Source of the DNA: an uncultured Actinomycetes bacterium
GTDB taxonomy: Bacteria; Actinomycetota; Geothermincolia; Fen-727; JACVIW01
NCBI GenBank assembly: GCA_937127245.1
Contig: CAKZLU010000048.1
Coordinates: forward strand, 9,028 to 73,027
Direction of reading: 5' to 3'
Length of the DNA stretch: 64,000 bases
Shown: in pieces, positions 19,106 to 29,327 of the stretch
Numbering within the stretch: position 1 is the first letter of the stretch
Layout of the letters: each line of letters begins with the position of its first letter
Notes under the pieces: model-generated
What the model saw: the letters and a program-made list of their open reading frames with translations, nothing else
What the model was told of the DNA's origin: nothing
Database searches by the model: none
Position numbers and translations under genes: made by a program

Positions 19106-19894
19106 TTGAAGATTGCGATTAGTGGAAAAGGTGGAGTAGGAAAGAGCACAATTGCTGCTGGCCTGGCCAGGAGTTTCGCTCAGGAGGGCAGAAAGGTTCT
19201 GGCCATAGACGCCGATCCGGACGCTAACCTTGCCGTGTCCCTCGGCATCTCTCCCGATACCGCGCTTAACATCATCCCGCTTGCGGAGATGAAGGATGTT
19301 GTGGAGGAGAGAACCGGCGCGAAAGTGGGCACTTATGGGCAAATGTTTAAAATGAACCCGAAAGTGGACGATCTCCCGGAAAAGATATGCGTGAATCACG
19401 AGGGCGTAAGGCTTTTAGCTATGGGGACGGTGAAGGAGGGGGGAGGCGGTTGTGTTTGCCCGGAGTCAGTGCTGCTTAAGGCACTCATGAGGCATATTTT
19501 GCTGGACAGAGATGATGTTGTCGTGATGGATATGGAAGCCGGCATTGAACACCTCGGCAGGGGAACGGCTGAAAGCGTTGACGCGATACTTATTGTCGCC
19601 GAGCCGGGGTTGAGAAGTATTCAGACCGCTCGAACCACGGCGAAGCTTGCAAGGCAGATAGGCGTGAACAGACTTTTCCTCGTGCTTAACAAAGTCGTGG
19701 ATGATGGCGAGGCGGAGAAACTTATCGAGGACATAGACGGAATAGAATATATCGGGATGGTTCACTTCAGCGAGAAGGTAAGGAAATCCGATCTTCAGGG
19801 AAAGTCTGCCTTTGACGTGGACCCTGATTTCGTCGAGGAAATCGAGAGCATAAAGGATGAGTTGAAACAGAGACTTGAGAGGGCTGTGGGATGA
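19106..19894 (+). CDS. cooC: CooC/AcsF nickel-insertion ATPase (CO dehydrogenase maturation)
   Basis: GKGGVGKST, IDADPDANL, GGGCVCPE, DMEAGIEHLGRGT. Confidence 0.92.
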   Translation: MKIAISGKGGVGKSTIAAGLARSFAQEGRKVLAIDADPDANLAVSLGISPDTALNIIPLAEMKDVVEERTGAKVGTYGQMFKMNPKVDDLPEKICVNHEGVRLLAMGTVKEGGGGCVCPESVLLKALMRHILLDRDDVVVMDMEAGIEHLGRGTAESVDAILIVAEPGLRSIQTARTTAKLARQIGVNRLFLVLNKVVDDGEAEKLIEDIDGIEYIGMVHFSEKVRKSDLQGKSAFDVDPDFVEEIESIKDELKQRLERAVG

Positions 19895-20733
19895 GTTCAA
19901 AGGGTTTTGAGATAATCCAGATTGAGCGGATAGCGCCTGATATATATGACGCAAAGGTCACCGCGCCCGCCGTGACACTGAGGGCGAAAGCCGGGCAGTT
20001 CGTAATAGTCCGAGTGGATGATAAGGGGGAGAGAATACCACTAACCCTCGTGGATTTCTCAAGCGATGATGGCATCATAGAGCTTATCTTTCAGGTTGTG
20101 GGTACTACCACAGACAAGTTCTCGCGCATGAAAGCTGGCGACTGTTTAGCGGATGTGGTTGGACCGCTCGGGCATCCCACTTTGGTCGAACGTTTCGGAC
20201 GGGTAATTTGTGTCGGCGGTGGGGTTGGGATCGGAGCGATCTATCCTATCGTCAGGGCGATGATCGAGGCTGGAAATGACATGGTGGTGCTACTTGGGGC
20301 GCGCGATAGGGAGCGCTTGATACTTCTTGAGCGAATAGAGCGTCTCGGCGTCACTGTGAGAACAGCCACCGAAGATGGTTCCGTTGGGGTCCGCGGCTTA
20401 GTGACGGAAATTCTTGCCGAAGAAATCCGGTCAAATTGCCCTGACAGGGTGATAGCGGTTGGTCCGCTTCCTATGATGAAGGCGGTTTCCGATTTAACCA
20501 GGGACTCACGTATTCCCACTGTTGTTAGCCTGAACGCTATCATGCTCGATGGCACTGGGATGTGCGGGACGTGCAGATGTGAAGTTGGGGGTAAGACGAA
20601 GTTCTCTTGCGTTGATGGTCCAGAGTTTGACGGCCATGAGGTTGATTTCGAGAACCTCGCGGTAAGGCTTTCGGCATATAAAGAGGAAGAGACGGTTTCC
20701 TGGCAGCGCTTTAAATTTCACGCAGGCGACTAA
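19891..20733 (+). CDS. NfnA/SudB-like FAD/NAD-binding [2Fe-2S] electron-transfer subunit
   Basis: AKAGQFVIVR, GERIPLT, VGPLG, GGGVG, DGTGMCGTCRC and CVDGPEF. Confidence 0.88.
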   Translation: MSSKGFEIIQIERIAPDIYDAKVTAPAVTLRAKAGQFVIVRVDDKGERIPLTLVDFSSDDGIIELIFQVVGTTTDKFSRMKAGDCLADVVGPLGHPTLVERFGRVICVGGGVGIGAIYPIVRAMIEAGNDMVVLLGARDRERLILLERIERLGVTVRTATEDGSVGVRGLVTEILAEEIRSNCPDRVIAVGPLPMMKAVSDLTRDSRIPTVVSLNAIMLDGTGMCGTCRCEVGGKTKFSCVDGPEFDGHEVDFENLAVRLSAYKEEETVSWQRFKFHAGD

Positions 20734-20767
20734 ATGAAAGGAGGAACTTTTCCTGGAATTTTCAGGA

Positions 20768-22273
20768 TTGATTGAGGGCAAAGGGAACAGAGAAAGTAAT
20801 GACGCAAATCCGCGCGTTAGGTTTGCCCCGAGTCCGACAGGAAGACTTCACCTGGGATCGGCAAGAACCGCGCTTTTCAACTGGCTTTTCGCGCGCGGAT
20901 CAGTGGGAACCATGGTTTTGAGGTTTGAGGATACCGACCGCGAGCGCTCAAGGGTTGAATACGAGAAGGATATTCTGGATTCCCTCAAGTGGATGGGTAT
21001 TGATTGGGATGAAGGTCCGGATGTCGGGGGTGAGTTCGGACCTTACAGGCAAAGCGAGCGATTGCCCTTATACAGGGAGTACGCGGAAAAGCTTTACGAG
21101 GCGGGCATAGCTTATCGGTGCTTCTGCGCGCCCGAAGAAATCCAAAGGCGTAAAGAGGAGACTATCCGGAAAGGTATATCCTGGCGTTATGACAGGCGAT
21201 GCCTCACCCTTGACGATGCTTCCGTGCGCAGATTCGAAGAAGAGAAGAGACCTTACGCTCTGCGGTTTAAGGTTCCTGAAATGAGCGTAAAAGTCGTTGA
21301 TTTGCTAAGAGGCGTGGTGCAGGTTGATTCATCAGAGATTGACGACTTTATCATAATGAGGTCAGACGGAAGCGCCGGATTTCATCTTGCCGTGGTCGTT
21401 GACGACATCACAATGAACATAACCCATGTTATAAGAGGGGACGACCATCTGACTAATGCAGTAAGGCATGTGATGCTTTTCGAGGCTTTTGGAGCAAAGC
21501 CCCCCGTGTTCGTTCACCATTCCCTGCTTATGGGTCCCGATGGAGCCAAGCTTTCTAAGCGGCACGGCGCCACTTCAGTATCTGAATTCCGGGAGCAGGG
21601 ATACCTTCCTCAGGCGCTGGTGAACTACCTTGCTCTCTTGTCCTGGTCTCCTGGAGACGAAAGGGAGATATTTACGCTTAATGATTTGGTACGGGAGTTC
21701 CGGATAGATAATTTATCAGCGAGCAAGGCCATATTCGATTTCGATAAACTCAACTGGCTTAACCGGCAGCACGTGAAGCTCCTGTCCTCGGAAGAGCTTG
21801 CGGATGCGGTAATCCCGTTTATTGAATCCGCCAACCTCTTTGAAATTTTGAACTTGCCCAGGGAAAAATTGATTATCGCCGTTGAGTCAGTGAGAAACAA
21901 TATCGAAAAACTCACGGATGCAATCGAACCGATCAGGATTTACACGGCCAAGCCGGGCGACTTTTCCTCCAAAGCCCTGGAAGAACTCAAGCGTTCTCCT
22001 GACGTCAGGCGGGCTCTTGAAATCTGCATCGATATTCTCGGCACCGAACGTGAGGCGGACGAGAGCGCGGCCGAAAAGATTGTGGAAGGCATGAGGGAAA
22101 GCGCCGCTTTAAAAGATTGGAAACCCAAAAGGATACTCTGGCCGTTCAGGCTTGCGGTTACCGGTAGCACGGTTGGGCCGGACCTCAAGTTTCTAATCAT
22201 GTTCTGGGGACCGGCAGGATGCGCGGAAAGGATAAGAGCAACGCTTAAGGTTCTTGATAATTTAGGGATTTAA
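20768..22273 (+). CDS. gltX: Glutamate--tRNA ligase
   Basis: RVRFAPSPTGRLHLG, HVIRGDDH, KLSKR. Confidence 0.96.
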   Translation: MIEGKGNRESNDANPRVRFAPSPTGRLHLGSARTALFNWLFARGSVGTMVLRFEDTDRERSRVEYEKDILDSLKWMGIDWDEGPDVGGEFGPYRQSERLPLYREYAEKLYEAGIAYRCFCAPEEIQRRKEETIRKGISWRYDRRCLTLDDASVRRFEEEKRPYALRFKVPEMSVKVVDLLRGVVQVDSSEIDDFIIMRSDGSAGFHLAVVVDDITMNITHVIRGDDHLTNAVRHVMLFEAFGAKPPVFVHHSLLMGPDGAKLSKRHGATSVSEFREQGYLPQALVNYLALLSWSPGDEREIFTLNDLVREFRIDNLSASKAIFDFDKLNWLNRQHVKLLSSEELADAVIPFIESANLFEILNLPREKLIIAVESVRNNIEKLTDAIEPIRIYTAKPGDFSSKALEELKRSPDVRRALEICIDILGTEREADESAAEKIVEGMRESAALKDWKPKRILWPFRLAVTGSTVGPDLKFLIMFWGPAGCAERIRATLKVLDNLGI

Positions 22274-22339
22274 GTTATTGGCGTGGATCGAAAAAAATCT
22301 TTGGAAATTGGGGTCAGCGCGAATATTTGAGCAGTTAAG

Positions 22340-23044
22340 GTGGTGTTGATGGCCGCAAGAAGGAGTGTTTGGGATATTCTCAAAAGGGGTTATGAACTTG
22401 TACGCATGGACATAGAAGCGGTTAAGGAACGCGACCCCGCGTCTCGAGGGACCCTCGAGATAATTCTTTCATATCCGGGACTGCACGCCATCTGGATGCA
22501 CAGGATCGCTCATTTTCTGCACGTAAAAGGTGTCCCGCTCATTCCGCGAATGCTTTCGATGCTTACGAGGCTGCTTACGGGTATCGAGATACACCAGGGC
22601 GCGAAGATTGGCGAGGGCTTTTTCATAGACCACGGAATGGGGGTAGTCATAGGGGAGACAACCGAGATCGGAAAAAATGTCACCATATATCAGGGAGTCA
22701 CGCTCGGTGGAACCGGCAAAGAAAAAGGTAAGCGGCATCCGACAATCGGGGACAATGTCGTAATATCGGCGGGCGCGACTGTTCTCGGTCCGATCAAAAT
22801 AGGTGATAATTCGAGAGTGGGAGCTGGGGCAGTTGTGATTCAGGACGTGCCCCCGAACTGCACTGTGGTTGGGGTTCCCGGAAGGGTGACGGTCAGGTCG
22901 GGCGAAAAGGTGACAGCCATAGACCTTCATCACGAGAATTTGCCCGACCCTGTGCTGGATATGTTCAAAGCTTTGGAAAGAAGACTCGACAGGCTCGAGC
23001 ACAGGATAGATGAACTTGAGAAAAAAGCGGAAAATAGCTCTTGA
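22340..23044 (+). CDS. cysE: Serine O-acetyltransferase
   Basis: [34 protein letters not shown]. Confidence 0.95.
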   Translation: MVLMAARRSVWDILKRGYELVRMDIEAVKERDPASRGTLEIILSYPGLHAIWMHRIAHFLHVKGVPLIPRMLSMLTRLLTGIEIHQGAKIGEGFFIDHGMGVVIGETTEIGKNVTIYQGVTLGGTGKEKGKRHPTIGDNVVISAGATVLGPIKIGDNSRVGAGAVVIQDVPPNCTVVGVPGRVTVRSGEKVTAIDLHHENLPDPVLDMFKALERRLDRLEHRIDELEKKAENSS

Positions 23045-23153
23045 GGCAGAAGATTTGCGCTCAAGTTGGGTTTGAAAAAAGTGGAAGAAATGAAAAGTAA
23101 GCGGTCACTGGGAAAGGCGCTAATCGCGCCGTCGTTATATAGCGGGAGTTCAG

Positions 23154-24659
23154 ATGGCTATATACATCTATAACACTTTGACGAGAAAGAAAGAGGTCCT
23201 CAAGCCCAGGCAAGACGGGAAGGTGGCAATGTATGTATGCGGTCCCACGGTTTACAACTTCATTCATCTTGGGAACGCGCGGACTTTCCTAAACTTCGAT
23301 GTCATAAGAAGATATCTTATTTACTCCGGTTATGAAGTGACGTTCGTGCAAAACATAACCGACATAGATGACAAGATCATAAACAGGGCCAAGGACGAGG
23401 GCTTAAGCCCGTCGGAAATAGCCGCGAAGTACACCGCTGCTTTCGAGGAAGATATGAAGGCTTTGGGTGTTCTTCCGCCTGATATTGCCCCAAAGGCGAC
23501 AGAGCACGTGGACGACATGATAAGCGTGGTATCGGCTCTCGTCGACAAAGGCTACGCCTACGTCTCCGGCGGGGACGTCTATTTCGAAGTCTCCAAATTT
23601 CCGGATTACGGAAAACTCTCCAGAAGGGAGCTCGAGGAACAGCAGGTCACCGTTCAGTTTGATGAGGAACTCGAAAAAAAGAGGTCACCACTTGATTTCG
23701 CCCTTTGGAAAGCGGCAAAGCCCGGCGAGCCTTATTGGTCAAGCCCCTGGGGTCCGGGAAGACCGGGATGGCACATAGAGTGCTCGACTATGTCCATGAA
23801 ATACCTCGGAGAGGATTTTGATATTCATGGGGGCGGACTCGATCTCGTTTTCCCTCATCATGAAAACGAGATTGCTCAGGCGGAGGCGTACTCGGGGCGG
23901 AGGTTTGTAAGATACTGGATGCACAGCGGCATGCTGAACATAGATCAGGAGAAGATGTCAAAGTCTTTGGGCAATATCAAGCTTTTGAGAGAGGTCCTCC
24001 GGCAACACAACGCGGATACTGTTAGGCTCTTGATGCTCCAAACGCACTACCGCAGCCCCTTGAGCTTCAGCGATGAGAGCCTCGACGAATCGGCTGCTGC
24101 GCTCGACAGGCTAAGGACCTGCGTTTTCAATCTCAGGGACGCGGTAGCACGAATCGGGGATGTCGAAGATAGTGATTTAAGTTCCTACGAGGAGGAAGTG
24201 CTCAGGCGCGTTGAAGGAATTAAGAGAGAATTTAAGGAAGCGATGGATGATGATTTCAACACGGCGCTCGCTGTTGGTGCCATATTCGGGCTGGTCAGAG
24301 AGGCGAATTCATTCCTTTCTCATGCGCTGAAATTTAAAAGCCCAGGCTCTAAGAAAGTGATGGAGTTCTGTTTGAGCGCGATAGAGGAACTCACCGGCGC
24401 GCTTGGTCTTAAAGCGTTCGAAGCGGTACAGGTATCAGCCGGAGAAGGTTCGATTGAAGTGAGCGCACTCAAAAACACCGAAGAGATTGAAACTCCCAGG
24501 GTAGAAAGCCTCGTGGAGCTGCTTCTCGAGGTAAGGCAGAGCGCGAGGGAAAAGGGTGAGTACGAGATCGCGGATATGATTCGCGGAAGGCTTTCCGAAA
24601 TGGGAGTTCGAGTGGAGGATTTGCCGAGCGGTTACCGGTGGCGTCTCGAGAAGATTTGA
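23154..24659 (+). CDS. cysS: Cysteine--tRNA ligase
   Basis: MYVCGPTVY, HLGNAR, PGWHIECS, DIHGGG, KMSKS. Confidence 0.97.
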   Translation: MAIYIYNTLTRKKEVLKPRQDGKVAMYVCGPTVYNFIHLGNARTFLNFDVIRRYLIYSGYEVTFVQNITDIDDKIINRAKDEGLSPSEIAAKYTAAFEEDMKALGVLPPDIAPKATEHVDDMISVVSALVDKGYAYVSGGDVYFEVSKFPDYGKLSRRELEEQQVTVQFDEELEKKRSPLDFALWKAAKPGEPYWSSPWGPGRPGWHIECSTMSMKYLGEDFDIHGGGLDLVFPHHENEIAQAEAYSGRRFVRYWMHSGMLNIDQEKMSKSLGNIKLLREVLRQHNADTVRLLMLQTHYRSPLSFSDESLDESAAALDRLRTCVFNLRDAVARIGDVEDSDLSSYEEEVLRRVEGIKREFKEAMDDDFNTALAVGAIFGLVREANSFLSHALKFKSPGSKKVMEFCLSAIEELTGALGLKAFEAVQVSAGEGSIEVSALKNTEEIETPRVESLVELLLEVRQSAREKGEYEIADMIRGRLSEMGVRVEDLPSGYRWRLEKI

Positions 24660-24712
24660 AAGATGTTAGCGCACCGTTCGTTTGACTTCAGCCGCGTGGA
24701 GAGCGGATCCGA

Positions 24713-25468
24713 TTGGAAGAGTCTGAAAAGGTAGAGGGAAAAAACTCGGTTCTTGAGGCGCTTCGCGGGAAGCGGCGTATTGAGAAAATCCTGGTAGCCA
24801 GCGAGGCGAGAAAATTTGGCGCTCTGAAGACAATAGTAGACCTCGCGCGGAAGAAAGGAATACCGGTCAGGGAGGTTTCGAGGCGAGAGATATCAAGAAT
24901 TGCCCCTTCCGAGCACAACCAGGGGGTTGTCGCTTTTGTGTCGCCTTATCATTACGTAATGCTTGAGGATCTGACACAGAGCCGGATTGAAGAAAAGCCT
25001 TATCTTTTTCTTACTCTCGATGGCGTGGAGGACCCCCGAAACTTTGGTGCTCTCTTGAGGGTCGCCGAAGCCTCCGGCGTCGATGGAGTGATAATAGGCA
25101 AAAGAAGGTCAACTGGCGTCACCGCTACAGTTGTCAGGACATCGGCAGGGGCTGCTGAACACGTGAAAATAGCGAGGGTTGCAAACGTTTCAAATTCTCT
25201 TTTGAAGCTCAAGGAAGAAGGGATTTGGATTGTCGGTGTTGAAGTGGGTGGAAGCATCCCCTACTATCAGGTGGATTACACGAAGGATACCTGCGTGGTT
25301 TTAGGCGGGGAGGGAAAGGGACTACGAAGGCTTACCGCACAACAATGCGATGTTGTTGTAAGAATACCCATGCTCGGCAATGTCGAGTCTTTGAACGTTG
25401 CGACCGCCGGGGCGGTCGTGTTGTTTGAGGCGGCAAGGCAGAGGGCATCTAGTACGAAGCCAGCCTGA
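24713..25468 (+). CDS. rlmB: 23S rRNA (G2251-2'-O)-methyltransferase
   Basis: NQGVVA, LDGVEDPRNFGA, LGGEGKGL, SLNVATAG SPOUT motifs; follows cysS. Confidence 0.92.
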   Translation: MEESEKVEGKNSVLEALRGKRRIEKILVASEARKFGALKTIVDLARKKGIPVREVSRREISRIAPSEHNQGVVAFVSPYHYVMLEDLTQSRIEEKPYLFLTLDGVEDPRNFGALLRVAEASGVDGVIIGKRRSTGVTATVVRTSAGAAEHVKIARVANVSNSLLKLKEEGIWIVGVEVGGSIPYYQVDYTKDTCVVLGGEGKGLRRLTAQQCDVVVRIPMLGNVESLNVATAGAVVLFEAARQRASSTKPA

Positions 25469-25792
25469 CATGTGCCGCCTGCCTCTGGACTTATATTGAT
25501 TTTCAGGTCCTTTCTGGGGGCTTGGGTTCTGATTGTGCATTCAATCATTCTTAATCCTTGTAAAGAGCGCCTCTTATTTTGAGATTCCCCTTCAAAAGTC
25601 ATCCGCTTTTAAACCCGGTAAATTATTGAATTGAAGACCTCTAAACCCGCTTTTTATGGCGATTTATCTTGACTGTTCACCTAAAGGGGCGAAAAATATA
25701 GAAAGAAAGAGCATTTCACAAAGGCGGCGAGACCAATTACCGGATTTGGCGTTCTTGCTCTAAATCACGCAGTCTCTCGGAGGTGAGAGGAC

Positions 25793-26482
25793 TTGGTTGG
25801 GGCGCGGGTAATAGAACTTATCAATTACCCTCGCTTAAGCGACGAGGAGCTTGTAAGACGCGCTCAATCCGGTGACAGAAGAGCGCAGGATGAAATCTTC
25901 ACCAGATACGCCGATATGGTGAGGATTAAAGCGGGGTCGTACTACCTCATAGGGGCTGACCAGGAGGACCTTGTCCAGGAAGGTCTCATAGGTCTATACA
26001 AGGCTATACGCGATTACCGAAAGGACAGGGAAGCCTCTTTCAAGGCTTTCGCTGAGTTGTGCATCACAAGGCAGCTCATAACTGCCGTGAAAACAGCGAC
26101 TCGCCAGAAGCATATGCCCCTTAATTGCTACGTGTCGCTCACAAGTCCTCTGGGAGATTTCGAGGAAGAGGATAGGGTCCTCATGGACCTGATTACCTCG
26201 AATGAGACTGTTGATCCGATCGAAGTAGTGATTGGCGACGAGGAGGCGGAAAGCCTGCAAAGGGATTTCATAAAGATGCTTTCCCGGCTCGAGACCGAGG
26301 TGCTCAGGCTTTACATGGAGGGGCTCTCATATAAAGAGATTGCAAGAGACCTGGACCGGCAGGTAAAATCAATCGACAACGCTCTTCAGAGAATTAAACG
26401 TAAAGTTGAGCAGCACCTGAGGTTCCGCGAGATGCTTTCAGAGGGCTCATGCTTAAGACAGGTGAGCAGCGTGGCAGGTTAG
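25793..26482 (+). CDS. sigH: Alternative sigma factor, SigH (Spo0H-like)
   Basis: YYLIGADQEDLVQEGLIGLYKAIRD, TATRQKHMPLN, KSIDNALQRIKRK; conserved position after cysS-rlmB. Confidence 0.9.
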   Translation: MVGARVIELINYPRLSDEELVRRAQSGDRRAQDEIFTRYADMVRIKAGSYYLIGADQEDLVQEGLIGLYKAIRDYRKDREASFKAFAELCITRQLITAVKTATRQKHMPLNCYVSLTSPLGDFEEEDRVLMDLITSNETVDPIEVVIGDEEAESLQRDFIKMLSRLETEVLRLYMEGLSYKEIARDLDRQVKSIDNALQRIKRKVEQHLRFREMLSEGSCLRQVSSVAG

Positions 26483-26557
26483 CCGGCGTAGCTCAACAGG
26501 TAGAGCAGCGCACTTGTAATGCGCGGGTTGGGGGTTCGAGTCCCTCCGTCGGCTCCA
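26482..26557 (+). tRNA. tRNA-Thr (UGU)
   Basis: 76-nt cloverleaf: acceptor GCCGGCG/CGTCGGC, anticodon arm GCGCA-CTTGTAA-TGCGC, TTCGAGT loop, encoded CCA. Confidence 0.97.
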
Positions 26558-26680
26558 AAATATATTTATCAAAGAAGACAACGGTGCTTTGCACCGTTGT
26601 TGATTTTATGTTGGTATACTCTAACGAGACGTTGAGATCATTATCCCGGAGCGGATTTGCTCACGCGAGGAGGGAAGGAA

Positions 26681-27346
26681 ATGTTAAGAAAGAAGCGATG
26701 GGGAATAATAGTCGCGGTTGTTCTAATGTGCTTTGCGTTGCTTCTCGCTGGATGCGCCGAAGGCGAGAAAGCAACAAAAGAGACAGAAAAGAGCGCAACG
26801 CCGAAAGAAGCCGGTGAAGAGCTCCCGGAGGAGACTCTTCCCCCCGTTAAATCGCTTTCCGATTTCCCTGACGGGCAGGATGGCGATAAGGTTGAAGCAG
26901 TGATCAGAACCGAGAGGGGCGACATCGTTATACAGTTCTTCCCCGAGGTCGCTCCCGTGACAGTGGCGAGCTTCCTTCACCTGGCGAGAACCGGATTCTA
27001 TAACGGAACGCGCTTCCACCGCGTTGAACCCGGGTTTGTCATCCAGGGCGGAGACCCTTTGAGCAAGAATCCCGATGACCCTTATGTCGGGACCGGGGGT
27101 CCGGGATACAGGCTTCCGCCGGAATTCAGCGACAAAAAACACGAAACAGGGACTGTGGCCATGGCGCGAGCCGAGGACCCCTATTCAGGCGGGAGTCAGT
27201 TTTACATATGTCTTGCCCCTCAACCGAGTCTCGATGGACAGTACACGGTGTTTGGTCAGGTTGTCTCAGGCATGGATGTCGTCAATTCCATACAAAAAGG
27301 CGATCTCATAAAGGAAGTGATAATAAGACCCAGGTCGAGTGGTTAA
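26681..27346 (+). CDS. Cyclophilin-type peptidyl-prolyl isomerase, lipoprotein
   Basis: Lipobox LLAGC after a basic plus hydrophobic signal; FYNGTRFHRV, FVIQGGDP, VAMARA, GSQFYI, YTVFGQV. Confidence 0.92.
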   Translation: MLRKKRWGIIVAVVLMCFALLLAGCAEGEKATKETEKSATPKEAGEELPEETLPPVKSLSDFPDGQDGDKVEAVIRTERGDIVIQFFPEVAPVTVASFLHLARTGFYNGTRFHRVEPGFVIQGGDPLSKNPDDPYVGTGGPGYRLPPEFSDKKHETGTVAMARAEDPYSGGSQFYICLAPQPSLDGQYTVFGQVVSGMDVVNSIQKGDLIKEVIIRPRSSG

Positions 27347-27441
27347 AACGGGTGGGAAAAATATTTCATATACCCTTCCTGCCCTACGGTTGGGTTTTGG
27401 TTAAAGCGCTTGAAGGGCGCGTCCGAGAGGCGTTTTGAGAC

Positions 27442-28257
27442 ATGAAAAGAGCGTGCAAGGTCGCGGAGTTTTTCGAAGGGACAGAAGGTCCGGCAAGAAA
27501 ATTCATTGAACTTGACAAGGTCACGGTGGAACTCGACGGTCGTCTTGTGCTTAAAGACATTACCTTCACCCTACGGGAAGGCATGTTCCTCGGCGTTATA
27601 GGACCTAACGGAGCGGGAAAGACAACTCTTTTAAGGGCGATACTCGGCATGGTTATACCCGTAAGCGGCAGAATAAGGGTTCTTGGCATGAAACCGGATG
27701 AGCTTAAGCACGAACTCCACCACATAGGATATGTTCCGCAGCAGCTGCGTTTCGACCCTCTTTTCCCGGTTTCGGTTTTCGACGTGGTCTTAATGGGAAG
27801 GACTTGTTGCATCGGCACGCTCCATTTTCCCACGTGGAAGGACAAAGAAGCGGTCAAAGAAAGCATCAGGATGGTCGGTCTTGCCGGTCTTGAGAAAAGG
27901 CCCATAGGTCAACTATCGGGTGGTCAGCAAAAGAGGGCTTTTCTGGCGCGAGCCCTCTGCCTGGAGACAAGAATTCTCTTACTTGACGAACCGACGAACG
28001 GGCTGGATATTCCCGCGCAGATGCAGTTCATGGAGCTGCTTGCTGACCTGAAGGAGAAAATGCGCCTGTCAATCGTGTTCGTAAGCCATGATGTGAACAT
28101 ATTGGCGAAGTACGCGGATGAGCTGATTTGCATAAACAGGAGCATGCACCTGCATGGCAGACCCCAGGATGTCCTCGGAAGCGACCGCCTTGCCGAGGCT
28201 TACAGATGCGAATTCGAGTTTTTGGTAGGTCATCCGGTTTTAGGTGACCCCCTTTAA
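27442..28257 (+). CDS. Metal ABC transporter ATPase (ZnuC-like)
   Basis: GPNGAGKTT, IGYVPQ, LSGGQQKR, LLDEP, VSHD. Confidence 0.88.
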   Translation: MKRACKVAEFFEGTEGPARKFIELDKVTVELDGRLVLKDITFTLREGMFLGVIGPNGAGKTTLLRAILGMVIPVSGRIRVLGMKPDELKHELHHIGYVPQQLRFDPLFPVSVFDVVLMGRTCCIGTLHFPTWKDKEAVKESIRMVGLAGLEKRPIGQLSGGQQKRAFLARALCLETRILLLDEPTNGLDIPAQMQFMELLADLKEKMRLSIVFVSHDVNILAKYADELICINRSMHLHGRPQDVLGSDRLAEAYRCEFEFLVGHPVLGDPL

Positions 28258-28358
28258 GCTTTCTTGACCCGAAATCGGGGCTTGAGTAGAGAGGGAATAT
28301 GAGCGGTGTAAAGGTGATTAATGCTCGGATGACCGCGGTTGTTTTATCGGTGGATTAG

Positions 28359-29180
28359 ATGCTCGCTTATGGTTTCGGACAAAGGGCACTCATTGGTGGT
28401 ATATTAATCGGCATTACCTGTGCGACACTGTCCTTTTTTGTCGTGACAAGGCGGCTTGCTTTCGTAGGTATGGGGATATCTCACGCCGCGTTCGGTGGGG
28501 TGGCGATAGGGATAGTATCCGGACTGAACCCGGTTTTAACGGCGGGAGTTTTTTGCGTTTTGACCGCCCTGTTCATTGGATGGCTTACGCGCAAGGGAAA
28601 GATTTACGAGGACACCGCGATAGGTATCCTTTTTTCAGCTGCGATGGCCGGCGGCGTTCTGCTTGTAAGGCTTGCGAACGCCTATAATCTCGATTTGATG
28701 AGCTATCTTTTCGGGAGCATACTTGCTCTATCTTGGGCTGATGTAATCATTCTGGCGGTGATGAGTTGTCTTGTGCTGCTATTTCTTGTTTTCTTCTTCA
28801 AGGAAATCCTCTTCTTCATCTTTGATGAGGAGACGGCCACCGCAAGTGGGGTGCCCGTGAGATTTGTTTACTACGGGCTACTATTATCGCTTGCTATCAC
28901 GATAGTTATTTCAATCAAACTCGTTGGGATTATTCTCGTTTCGGCTATGCTCGTTATTCCGTCTGCGACGGGTATGCAGACTTCGAGGAACTACCGATTT
29001 GTCATTATCGTGTCCCTTATTGTCTCCGTGCTGTCGGTTATCACCGGGCTTTACCTTTCCTCGCGTTTCGACCTCGTTTCCGGCGCCTCAATAGTGCTTG
29101 TCCTCTTTGGTATCTTTCTTATAAGCCTGATTTTTTCTCCGAGGCGGAAATATGTTTTGAGGGTTTTTAAGAAGGAATAA
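28359..29180 (+). CDS. Metal ABC transporter permease (ZnuB-like)
   Basis: GISHAAFGG, EDTAIGI, LMSYLFGSI, VGIILVSAMLVIP; highly hydrophobic. Confidence 0.9.
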   Translation: MLAYGFGQRALIGGILIGITCATLSFFVVTRRLAFVGMGISHAAFGGVAIGIVSGLNPVLTAGVFCVLTALFIGWLTRKGKIYEDTAIGILFSAAMAGGVLLVRLANAYNLDLMSYLFGSILALSWADVIILAVMSCLVLLFLVFFFKEILFFIFDEETATASGVPVRFVYYGLLLSLAITIVISIKLVGIILVSAMLVIPSATGMQTSRNYRFVIIVSLIVSVLSVITGLYLSSRFDLVSGASIVLVLFGIFLISLIFSPRRKYVLRVFKKE

Positions 29181-29327
29181 GAACATGAGACCGTCCTCCG
29201 CGAAAAATGATTTTATTGAACTTGCGCAAGGCTTTTGCAAACCCGGACTGGTAATAATAGCGGTGTGATAATCTAACGGGCGCTCGGGGTCGCTTATTTA
29301 AAATTTGGGTATTTTAAGGAGGATGCA

